The notes beneath the pieces were generated by a model that made no database searches, had not been told where the DNA came from, and saw only the letters and a program-made list of their open reading frames with translations. From contig JBHGNT010000010.1 of the NCBI GenBank assembly GCA_043228905.1, positions 15,128,001-15,192,000 of the forward strand: a stretch of 64,000 nt of DNA. Direction: 5' to 3'. The DNA is from Azolla caroliniana (lineage: Eukaryota > Plantae > Polypodiophyta). The translations under genes and the position numbers were made by a program. Shown piece after piece: positions 25,765-37,149 of this stretch (positions are counted from its first letter, which is position 1; each line of letters starts with the position of its first letter).

Positions 25765-26334
25765 TATCAAGGATAAAAGATAGAGTGATGGAAGAAGGAT
25801 ATTAGAGAACACGAGAAGAAAGCAACCAAATACTAAGAGAAGGATGGATGTATAAGATAGAGAAAGAAAGAGAATGGATACAAGATATGTAATGAGAGCT
25901 AAAGACTAGTGTTAATTCGAATTGATTTGAGAATACATGTATGCCCTTATTTATAGGTTCCTATAGAATAGCTTAGAGATTTCTAGAATGTTCTAGAATG
26001 TTCTAGACCTAGAATGCTCTAGGACATTGTAGAACATTCTAGAATAATCTAGAGTTTTTACAATAATCAATGTAATACAAGAAGTAGCTTTTATTGTTTC
26101 ATGTAACAATAAGCTATCTTAATGGTTGAGGTTTTCAAGTATGGATTACAAGGTTCGAGGTTCAAGTTCGGGTGACACCATAATGGTCATGTGTTCATGA
26201 AAACTATTTCTATAAATAGCATAAAGGGCAGTTGCCCTAGGATAGTCACTATATAAAGTGACTGTGTAACCTTTGGTGGTGGTTGGTTGTCATTTGTAAC
26301 TGTTGCTATTAAGAAAGAAAACATTTCTTTGTGC

Positions 26335-26376
<42 letters not shown>

Positions 26377-29300
26377 CTTGTTCATTCTCATACACAGGTC
26401 CTTCAACATCACAGATGTTGTTTGTTCTTCCGCACTAACGACCTTGTCCCCAACATTTAGTATCAGAGCGTTGGAGGTTCTTCAACCCGTTGTCGGCCAT
26501 CATAGTACACCACACAACATTCTGTTTCTGTTTTTTCTTGAAGAACAGAGAAGAGAGAAGACAAACAAGAAGTCTGCATCTCATTGTGTTAAATCGCTAA
26601 TTGGAGTAAGCTAGCCGGTTGTACTCTGTTCCTGTGATTGTAACCACTTGAGGTGAGCTCCTTATGTAACACCCGACCCAATCGTGCTTCATCTGGTTAA
26701 ACAACATCCGAATAGGTCACCGGACGTTATTCACCCGCTTGTTGTAACCACCCGTTGCAGATTGGTCTCCTGGCAACAACCAAATTTGTGCTTCATTCGG
26801 CTGATCGACATTCGGGAGGATCAGTTGGATCCGTCCCTCTCATCGTTGCAGTCATCCGAAGCAGAATCGGCCTAAACAATCGGTATTCAGCATACAATCA
26901 GAAGCTAACTGGGCTCACTCTGACTTAGCAACATTTGGGAAGACCAACCGGTTCTGTCCCTGAAGTTACCGGAGTTACGCCGAGCAAGTTGAGCAACAAG
27001 TATCTGAAACCAAACCGACTCGGGTTCAAAACCGACTAGAACGATATTAGGTGAGTTGACCGGGTTGCACCCCACTAAGGTTCGTAGTCAACTCCGAACC
27101 GAGTCTTACCAACCGAAACCGAAGCAGATGGCATCAACATCTGGCTCATCGGAGATGAGTCTAAGGAGGTTCGACGGTTCGAACTTCAACTTCTGGAAGG
27201 AACAAATGCAGGGCTATCTCATAGTCAAGGGTCAGATAGACCCGATTGAGAATGAAAATCCTCCAAAAGCATACAAGGCAAACGAGTGGCTAAAGCCACG
27301 ATCCGGATGCACTTGTCGGAGTCAGTGTACTTCATAGTGCAATCATGCACGATAGCTTTTGAACTTTGGAAAACATTGTCAGAAACTTATGAAAACAAGG
27401 TTGCCGCAACGAAGATGTATCTGATCCGGCGCCTCTACAACTTGCGGATGAAAGAAACTGATTTGGTTCAGGCACACCTCAACGAGTACGAAAGCATAAG
27501 CTCCCAAATCTCGTCTCAGGGGACGACAATTGAGGATGAACTCAGAGCAATGATACTCATGAGTAGTCACCCCTCTTCATGGGAAACTTTCGTTACAACC
27601 GTGTGCAATGCTTCAACAACTATCGTTAAGTACCCGAAGTCATGAGCGCAATCCTGACTAAAGCAGCTCGGAGAAAGTCTTTCGCCAAAGACTCGGCACA
27701 TGAAGCTTACGCAGTACAAGGTTCGACCGACCGATCGAACAACCGGGGAAGAAGTTCTTCCCGACCACCGAACAATCAGCGAAGCCAGAGCAAGTCCCGG
27801 AACAACCGAATCTGCAGCTACTGCAAGAAACCGGGACATATCAAAGCCGATTGTCGGGCACCCAAAGCAAAAACCAACAAAGCTCAGAGAGCGGATCAGA
27901 AGAGTAGCCGACATGAGGAGGTCAACTACGTCAGCTCTTCAGCTGAAATTTTGACGACCGACCCGAACATATTGTCCATAGAGAACCCAGTCGAATCAGA
28001 AGTTCTGCTTACGACTGAGGAACTGAGCACATGGCTCCTAGACTCGGGCGCATCGTATCATGTGACACCTCACCGATCTCAGTTTCGGCAATACTCAAAC
28101 CAGCACTCCAACTCAGTTCGAGTCGGGAACTCGCAACACTGTGCCATAATCGGAATCGGCACCGTAGAGCTCAACCTTCCGGGTGGCTCTACACTCATAC
28201 TACACAACGTCCAACATGTTCCTGAGCTCTCAAGTCCCTTGATCTCAATCGGACAACTTGACGAAGCCGGCATCCGTGTCGGGTTCTCATCAAGAGGGTG
28301 GACACTCCACAAAGGGAACCTCCTGCTTGCTCGAGGACCAAAGGTACACTCATTGTACCCTTTATATGTCACACTCAAAGAGGGTGACTTATTTTTGGTT
28401 GATATCCCTGTGTCATCGTTATGGCACGGACGACTTGGACACCTCAGCAAGGTCGGCATAACGCACCTATCCAAAGCCGTTACATCCCCAAGCTCTCCTT
28501 CTCGGATCTCCAATTCTGCGAGCATTGCCAATACGGCAAACAAGTAGCCGCATCACACCCGACATCAGCACCAAGAGAATCGAGTCCCCTCGATTTGGTC
28601 CACTCAGACGTTTGTGGCCCGATGTCACATCAATCTCTCGGTGGTGCTTCGTACTTCATCAGTTTTATTGACGACTTGACTCAAGAGGTGTGGGCTTATC
28701 CCATTAGAACCAAAGATCGGGTGTTCCCGATCTTCTCCGAATGGCTTGCAATGGTCAAAAACCAGACCGGTCGGAAACTAAAATGTCTCTGAACCGATAA
28801 TGGAGGAGAATTCAAGTCTGACGAATTCGTCAAATTTTGCCATGAACGTGGCATTCGACGTGAATATATAGCACCCTATAGTCCGAAGCAGAACGGAATT
28901 GTTGAACGCATGAATCGGATGATTCAAGAACGCATAGTATCCATGCTCCAACACTCTGGACTGTCAGATGCTTCTGGGCAGAGGTTCTACTTATGCCAGT
29001 ACACATAATAAATATGTCGCCAAGTAGACCTCTAGGACTTAAAATACCTCAGGAAACATGGACCGGCAGTAAGACGAATTATGACAAGCTAAGGATCTTC
29101 GACTGCGAGGCATATGCCCTCATACCGAAAGACGACCGCCGGAAATTCGAACCAAGATCAAGGAAATGCGTTTTCCTTGGATATGGACCCGACGGCGAGA
29201 TCGGATACCGACTCTGGGACCCTGAGCACAGACAAATCATCCGAAGTTTGGACATTGTGTTCAACGAGTCGGCTATGCATAAAACGGCCGAAAGGCCTAT

Positions 29301-30967
29301 TGAAGTCCGAAGGGTAATATTTTCCGACGTGCCAACCCTTCATGAAGGCCCAACCCACAACACGAGATCGGTTTCACGGGTAACCGACAACTCCCGTCCT
29401 GAATCCACAGATTCAACACAGCCGAATGGCTCAGCTTTCTACCATCCGACACCCATACCCGGTGCGACTAGTCCAGTCATACCTCAACGATCCGAGAGAC
29501 TGTTGCAACCTCGGAAAAGGTACTCTCCCAGAATTTTCTTTACCGATGCCGGCGAACCGACGTCTTATGAAGAAGCATCGGCATCTGCCGACTCAGCTAC
29601 CTGGCATTTGGCAATGGAGTCGGAAATGCACTCCATTCGTGCAAACAAGACTTGGAACCTGGTCGAATTACCGAAGAATCGGCGTGCTCTTTTGTGTAAG
29701 TGGGTCTATCGACTAAAAGAGATGTCGACAAGGCCAGATTAGTTGCGAAGGGATTTCGACAAGAATATGGCGTCGACTTCAACGAAATCTTTTCAACAGT
29801 GGTGAAAATGACAACCCTTCATTTCATGCTCGGCATCGTGGCCGCCGACAACTTGGAGCTGATTCAGCTAGATGTAAAAACGACATTCCTTCACGGTGAC
29901 CTACAGGAGGAAATCTACATGCAGCAGCCAAAAGGCTTTGTTGCATTTGGCCGACTCAGGAAGAGTTTATACGGCCTAAAACAGGCACCTCGACAGTGGT
30001 ACAAGAAGTTCGATGACTTCATCTAGTCGGTCGGCTTCTCCAAGAGCGATGAGGACCATTGTCTCTTCATCAAAACAGCTCAAGACGGGTCTCCCGTCTT
30101 CCTCATCATTTACGTGGACGACATGCTCCTCTCCGGCCAACATGCTCGGAAACTGCAGTTGAAGTTTGCCATGAAGGACCTCAGTCCAGCAAGACACATA
30201 CTTGGTATGAAGATTAGTCGGCATCGCGATAAACAACAACTTTTCTTGTCTCAAACCGACTACATCGGACGTGTCTTGGAACACTTCAACATGCACTAGG
30301 CCAAGTCTGCTTCGACCTCGCTCCCCATTAACCTTCGGCTATGTCAGCGAGACTGCCCGACATCCGGTCCGGAGGGGGAAGATATGAAATCGGTACCGTA
30401 TGCACCGGTGTCGTGAAGATTTTCGGCAATAGTGTGAAAATCCCATAAAACGTACAAAATCGAGTATGTATCACATAATACAATAATTGTGAAGATAACA
30501 TTTTAAATAAATTTAATATCTAAGTACAAAATGATGGAGGTTTCGAATGCACTTTATTACACAAGAAACGGACAACTAAATGTCAAGATATCAGGGTATA
30601 AAGTTTATGAAAGGATAAGAGAAAGTTGTAAGATATCCCACATAGGCACGACAAATACGACTCTCATCATATATAAGGTAGAGCAAAAGATATTATCTTT
30701 GTGTTTATGTGTGGAGCATAGAGAGTTCAAGGTAACTTGAACTAAGAGTGGAGGTGGGCTAGCTACTCGTAAAGGGTTTTGGCCAACCAAAACCGGACCG
30801 GCGATGGAGCCGGTGATCCGGCGCCAGTGAGACACCGGCATCCGACGGCAATCCGGCGACGATGAGACGACGGCATCCGGCGAGGCACCGGTAACCGACG
30901 ACATCCGACGAACCGGCGTCCGGGGACTAGATAAATAAATATATAAATATATATACATATACAAGGA

Positions 30968-31036
30968 GGGCAAGTAAAGATTCGAACCTTGCACCTCCGA
31001 GTTAAGAGTCAATTGGCTTACCATTAAGCCATGCCA
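30968..31036 (-). other. tRNA-like cassette in the I-type LTR (copies at 37763-37831 and 51880-51948)
   Basis: Minus strand GGCTT-AATGGT-AAGCC D-arm, GACTCTTAA Lys-like loop and GGTTCGAATC B box. Confidence 0.7.
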
Positions 31037-31568
31037 TTTAGTTGAATTTATATTTCTATCATTGTACTTTTACGTGTAAATTCTCATACTTGAGAGCTAA
31101 AATGAGTGACATGGTTATCATGCACCACATGTAATACATAAGCGCCAAATGGCAAGCATGCATTTTATGCATGTCTTGTACCCTCACATGCATCATATGC
31201 ATGAGAGCATCTATAAAAGAAGGAAGGGGGAGGAGAAAAAACACGTTTTTTTTTTGTTATGAAATTAAGAAGAAGAAATTTGTTATCAAATTGATCGTGT
31301 AACTTGTTTCTTAAATCTAAAGATAAAAGTTCAATCAATCTCTCTCAATCGTTTAATCTCAACTTCTCTCTTTCCCAATCTATCTTAAGTACTTTCTCGC
31401 CAAAGCTTGCGCCAAAGCTTGTACCGACTTTGAATCCTTCCGGTCCAAAACCCCGGCGGTTCCGCCTCACGATCCGCGTGTAGTGACGGATCTTCACAAC
31501 ATAATTAAGTGGTGAACCCGGCCTGAAAGAGGCGGTAGGAAGGATCAAGTCACGATTAATACTTGGAG

Positions 31569-33007
31569 ATGGCGTCCTCAAGCAACCAAGCGGGAGAGCT
31601 CGAAAGGATGATGTTAATCGTCGAGCAAATGATGAGATCTCGGGACAACGACGCGAGCGTGGAGAAGGTTGTCGATCGTGTCGTAGAGCTCGAGGGCCAA
31701 TTCGATGGAAGGAACGTTACGAAGTTCCTTGATGCATATAGAAGGGAGATGAATCAGAGGGACGTGTATGAGGCACGTCAAATCGTAAGCTTCAAGAGAG
31801 TTGTCGCCAACAACATCCAAAGACGCGTCATCGAGCTTCAAGAAGGTAAGACAACATGGTCCGAGTTCAAGAAAACGATACTAGCGGAGTTCGTGACTGA
31901 AGACTCCACGAGGATGACTCGACATGCCCTAATGAAGTGGATAGAGAAGAAGAATAAGAAGATGAGCGTCTCGAGGGTGTACGACGAATTCGACCATATG
32001 TTTAGTCGTCTCCCCAATACGGACCAAGTGTTGCTTGAAGAGGACAAGACTTTGTACTTCTTGAAGGCCGTGGACATAAAGGATAGACGGGAGTTGGGGA
32101 CTCTTCTCGAAGATGATACCCAAGAAAATGGGCTCGTGGCGGACTGGATTGCGGTGAAGCGGGCATGCAATAGGCTCGACAAGCGTCGCCAATGGGTTGA
32201 TGACACCGACTTGACGGGATCGACTACCACGGAGAAAGCAAGACCGCCGAAAGTAGTTGAGCCGCCAAGACAAAGTAACGTGGAAGAAAAGAAGATTGAT
32301 GACGACATCATTGAAGAGCTAGCAAAGAAGTTCGAGAAGGTCACGCTAGCCAACATGAATCGTCAGGGCCCTAAAGGAAAAGAACCCTTTAGATGTGTGT
32401 GGTGCGATAGCATGGACCACATGAGAAGGGATTGTGCGAGCCTTCGAGAGGCGATTCGACAAAATATCGTATACATAGAGGATAACATGATCTGCTCAAG
32501 CGAGACTAGAAGACCCCTACAGGTGAATTTCGGAAGAGGAGGAATGAAGAAATCTATGGAGGATGCCGATGCGACTCATGTGGATGCGATGCACTATGCT
32601 GCGTCGGCCGGAATAAGAGTCGGGAAAGACAAGACTAAAACTGCTAGAGCGGGAGCAAAGTTTTGGACTTCCGTTCTCAAATATGAGAAGAAGGGAAAAG
32701 TCACATCGAACGAGGTAGAGCTTGCGGACTGAAGCATGCAAAGCATAACCGGGTGGTGGGATCCGGCGGACGACAACACCATACTCGCAGAGGTGATGTG
32801 CGACAACCACGAGGTGTTCGTCGAAGAAAAGAGAAAGAGAATAGAAGAGCAAGGCCCATCGTGTTGACAAATAAAGAGTTCGATAATGGAGCAGCCTTCG
32901 CACGAATAAAGAGTCTTGACAACCAAAGATCGGTCCAATTCCTAACGGTGTGAGCCAATCATGAAAGGAATCGAGATAATCTCGGAGGCGAATCCTCGGA
33001 TTTTTAG
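31569..33007 (+). pseudogene. gag: gag(-PR) of element I; protease core missing
   Basis: ORF 31563-32732 with CVWCDSMDHMRRDC knuckle; the frame ends ...SSDF-TAG at 33007. Confidence 0.85.
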
Positions 33008-36000
33008 AGCGGACTATTGAAGCATGGGGCACAAATAGTCCGAGCAATCACAAGACCCCACAAGAAAGAAGAGTGTGTGGATTGCGAGGAGAAGCAACAT
33101 GTGTCACACCTAGTGGCGCATGTAAACTAGTACTACCCGACAAGAAGAACAAGTGCCAGATACAAGAATTCGAGAAGATGCTGAAAGAAGAAAACATAAT
33201 AGAAGAAGGAGAGTTCGTGACTCATATTATGGAAGAAGCCTCATTTAACGACACCATCGGCGAAATCGAGGACGTCGTGGACTTGAGCTATCTTCACAAC
33301 CAACGCGTGATTTCGGTTAACTCCGGCAACATGTACGCTATCATCGATGAATACCGTCGTGGCATCTCGATGAAGGAAGTTGGCATCAACACGAAATATA
33401 AAAGGGTGGATAAGAAGATCAAGCCAGTTGCGGTTCCGCTACCGGAAGATAGCTGGCAAAAGATGAAGGAAGTCGCTAACGATCCAAGCTTAAGAGATCC
33501 GAAGAAGATAGGTCATGTCTTCACCAAAGAGACGAAGGGGAAGCTACGAGTTGGAAAGGAGGATTTCCTTCTCCCTGAAGAGGAGCGAATGTTTCGCAAT
33601 ATGCTTGAGAGACATGGGAAGGCTTTCGCATTCTTCCCACGAGAAATCGGATGCGCCGACCCAAAGGTTATAGAGCCGATGGTGATCTTCACGGTGCCTC
33701 ATGTGCCTTGGAATTTGAAACCGATACCGGTTCCGAGAGCACACCTTCCGAAGCTGATCGAGCTCTTAAAGGAGAAGGTGAGTATGGGAATTCTAGAACT
33801 GTCGAATGCTCCTTATTCCAATAGGTGGTTCACGGTGCTGAAGAAGAATGGATCATTGCGATTCATCCAAGATCTTCAACCCGTCAACAAGGTGACAATT
33901 CGAAATGCCGGAATCGGTCCGAGCGTGGACGAATTTGCCGAAGCGTTTGCGGGCCGGTCCATCTACTCCATTGGCGATCTCTACTCCGGTGTCGTGAAGA
34001 AAACCGTCCCTTAGCGCAATCGGTGCACAGCGCGCGTGAACCGGCTCTTCACGCGTGCGCACCCTTTAATGTATATAATAGGGAATTAGGTACATAGGCA
34101 TATCCGGGGTAGTTAGATTCGGTAGGTAGGAAGTAAATGGGGGAGACGGCTCCCTTCTTGAAGCTATAAAAGAGAGGGAGACGCGGGGAGAAGGGGATCA
34201 CGCATTAAGGAGGACGAAGTGCTGTCGGACCGTAACCGAACACTTCTCCTCTGTTCGTTCTCCATCGCTCTTCTCTGCAGGGTTTCGGGAGGCTCGCGCT
34301 GCTTCGAGGAACGCCCGTGTGCTTCTGGCAGCACCTCCACCCTTTTCTCCTTTTGTGCGCAGATGAACAAGCATCGACATCTGTTCGCCGGCCTATTCGG
34401 TTGTAACCGCTCGCGTGCTCTGTTGTGTATTTGATATTCGTTAATATACAAACACTTGTGTCTCCCTGTCTCTGTGTTCATTCGCGTCTTCTGTGTTGAC
34501 GGGTTGTGCCCCCCTGTGTTTCTTTGCTCATACGTGACCAGGCGTCTCTCTCTTTCTCTTTCCCCTTCTATCACCTGCTCTTCGGTTCAAGACCCCGGTG
34601 GTCCCGCCTCGTTTCTCCACGCACGCACGTAGTAACGCGACACCGGATATGACCAATTCCAATTGGCGATCGACAGTCGGGACGTTACAACCATTAGGAC
34701 TCTGATCGGGCTTGTGCGGATGTGTACCTTACCCCAAGGCGCAACGAACTCGGTGGCTCATATGGTGAATGCCATGAATAAAGTCTTGAAGGATTGCATC
34801 CCGGACATCACGATGCCATTCTTGGATGATATTCCTATAAAAGGATGTTCGGATGAGGAGAAAGATCAATCGAAAGATAAGGAAGGTTGTAGAAAGTTCG
34901 TTGCGAATCATATGAAAGATTGTGAGAAGGTGCTTCAAAGGCTCGAAGATGCGAATTTGACATTTTCGGGAGAAAAATCCGCATTCGAGCAAACGGAGAT
35001 CTTGGTGGTAGGTCACTTGTGTGGAGCATACGGCCAGAAGCCCTCGCCATCCAAAGTGAACGCAATCCAAGACATGAAAGAAGAATGCGAAAACCAAACG
35101 GAGGTTCGAAGGTTCCTTGGAGCGTGCGCGTTTTATCATATATGGATTCCTCACTACGCTCATGTCGTCGGACTGTTATATGGACTACTAAAGAAAAGAA
35201 TGAAGTTCGAATGGCGAGACGAGCACACAAATGCGATGCGAAGATTAAAGAAACTGCTTCTTGAAGCTCCGGCACTAAGGAAGGCCGACTATGCCGAAGG
35301 GAAACCAATTTACGTGACCGTAGATACGAGTCCAACCGGAATCGGGTGGGTCATCAATCAAGAAGGTGAAGATAATACGCGATATGCCGTCCGGTTCGGA
35401 GCAAAGGTTCTCAGCGAACGGCAACAAAGATATGCCCAAGTCAAGCGGGAACTTTGGGGTATTGTGTCGGTAGTGAAGACGGACAAAGATTACCTAATCG
35501 GGTCAGAAGTGATAATAGAGACAGATTGTCTCCCAATTCTCGGAATGGTCTCGGGATGTGCGACCCCAGATCTTGTTATGCTAAGGTGGATCGCCTACAT
35601 CAAGTCTTTAAACCCAGAGATCCATCACATTGCAGAGAAGAAGAACGCCATGGCTGACATGCTGTCGAGGGCAAGATTTTCAAATGGAAGTAACATGGTT
35701 TCGGAAGATGAAGATGTCGTCCTCGACTTCTTCAAGATGGCTCGATTGTCGGCGGAAGACCAGGACACGCAAACCCTCCACACCTTCAACGAGAACAAGT
35801 ACGAATGAGAGTGGTTACTCATCGGTAGATTCCTAAGAACATTGACAACAGATGCTTCGTTGACAAAGGAGGAGGCCCTACGAATCCGAAAGAAACCTTA
35901 CCGATACTTCTTGAAGGGAGGATTCCTTTGGCAACATCCAAAAAGAAGGACAGGAATACCACGTCGAGTGGTGGTAAAGAAAGAAGAGCAAGAGATGCTG

Positions 36001-37149
36001 ATGACCGAATTCCACGAGAGTGCTTGGGCAGGTCATAGAGGAACATGGGCAACGTTCGAAAAGTTGAAGGAGAAGTACTAGTGGCCAAGCATGTACAAAG
36101 ATGTACTCCATTTCGTGTCCACATGCGAAACTTGCCAAATATATTCAAATATACGTCATCGTGACGAGTTACAGCCGACATACCCACTCACCATACACTT
36201 CAAATGGATGGTGGATCTGGTCTCGATGCCAATGGGAGTGGGACAAATGAAGTACTTAGCGCTGGCAAGGGAAGACTTGACAAATCAAGTGGAAGGAAGA
36301 GCCTTGACAAATACGACGACTTCAGCCGTTTGCAAATTTCTGCTTGAAGAGGTTGTTTGCCGATATGGATGTGTAGGGAAGATAGTGGCCGACCGAGGGG
36401 AGTTGGACGCGCACGAAGCGACGGAGCTCTTCGAAAGACTAGGCGTGAAGCTCTCCCTCACGACTGCCTACAATCCGGAAGCGAATGGGAAGATCGAGCG
36501 AGGGCATGGACCTATCGTTAAAGCAATCGTACGGGCATGCAACGGTTGAGTCGGGAATTGGCCACGACTATTACCCTATGCCTTGTGGGCCGATAGAACG
36601 ACACATAGCTCGGTGACAGGGTATATGCCGACGGAGCTTATGTATGGACAAAAGCCGATTATGCCCATCGAAAGGACGATCGCCTCATGGGTAGCGATAC
36701 CGTGGGAGAACTAGATGAGCCGAGAAGAGTTATTGGCGGCGCGGATAAGGCAACTTGAAAGAAGACCTGAAGATTTAGAAAAAGCGCGAAAGATGATGGA
36801 GGCAGCCCGAGTAAAGAACAAAGTTCGGTTCGACAACACGCATCGACTTCGTCCCAAGAAGATTGAAGAAGGGGATTGGGTTTTGGTTTACGACAGCACC
36901 CTTGACAATCAACATAGTACAACAAGGAAGTTCGCAAGAAGATGGTTCGGGCCGTATGTGGTGACAAGTGCCAACGATAATGCCACACACCACCTTGCAG
37001 AACTAGACGGATCAAGGTTGGCCGTACCCATTGCGGGAAAAAGAGTAAAGATTTTCAAGAAAAGACAAGACAAGGATCCTGACCTCGATTACCTCGACGA
37101 TGAACATAATAGGGCGGATCTAACTGAAGACATGGAGGAATCTAATTGA
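32998..37149 (+). pseudogene. pol: pol (RT-RH-IN) of element I in the -1 frame, interrupted by a solo LTR
   Basis: IQDLQPVN, GDLYSG|YDQF, PQGATNS, FLDDIPIKG, VDTS, WMVDL, ADRGE and WFGPY. Confidence 0.9.
33990..34642 (+). mobile_element. Solo LTR of the F subfamily, inside the RT of I
   Basis: Reverse complement of F's LTRs; TSD CCGG (33986-33989 and 34643-34646). Confidence 0.95.

Larger units (their letters stand above)
20479..26202 (-). mobile_element. Element J: chromovirus (Tcn1/Tf1-like Ty3/Gypsy) inserted in the 5' LTR of H
   Basis: LTRs 20479-20922 and ~25765-26202; TSD GCTAT/ACTAT; gag 24892-25688, PR (LLDTGA), RT (YLDD), IN with GPF motif and chromodomain (EYEVAAILDSK...TWEP). Confidence 0.92.

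Noticed and set aside
30968-31036. Functional tRNA-Lys gene
   Set aside because: The acceptor and anticodon stems do not pair properly and the loop differs in the 51880 copy; kept only as a tRNA-like cassette.
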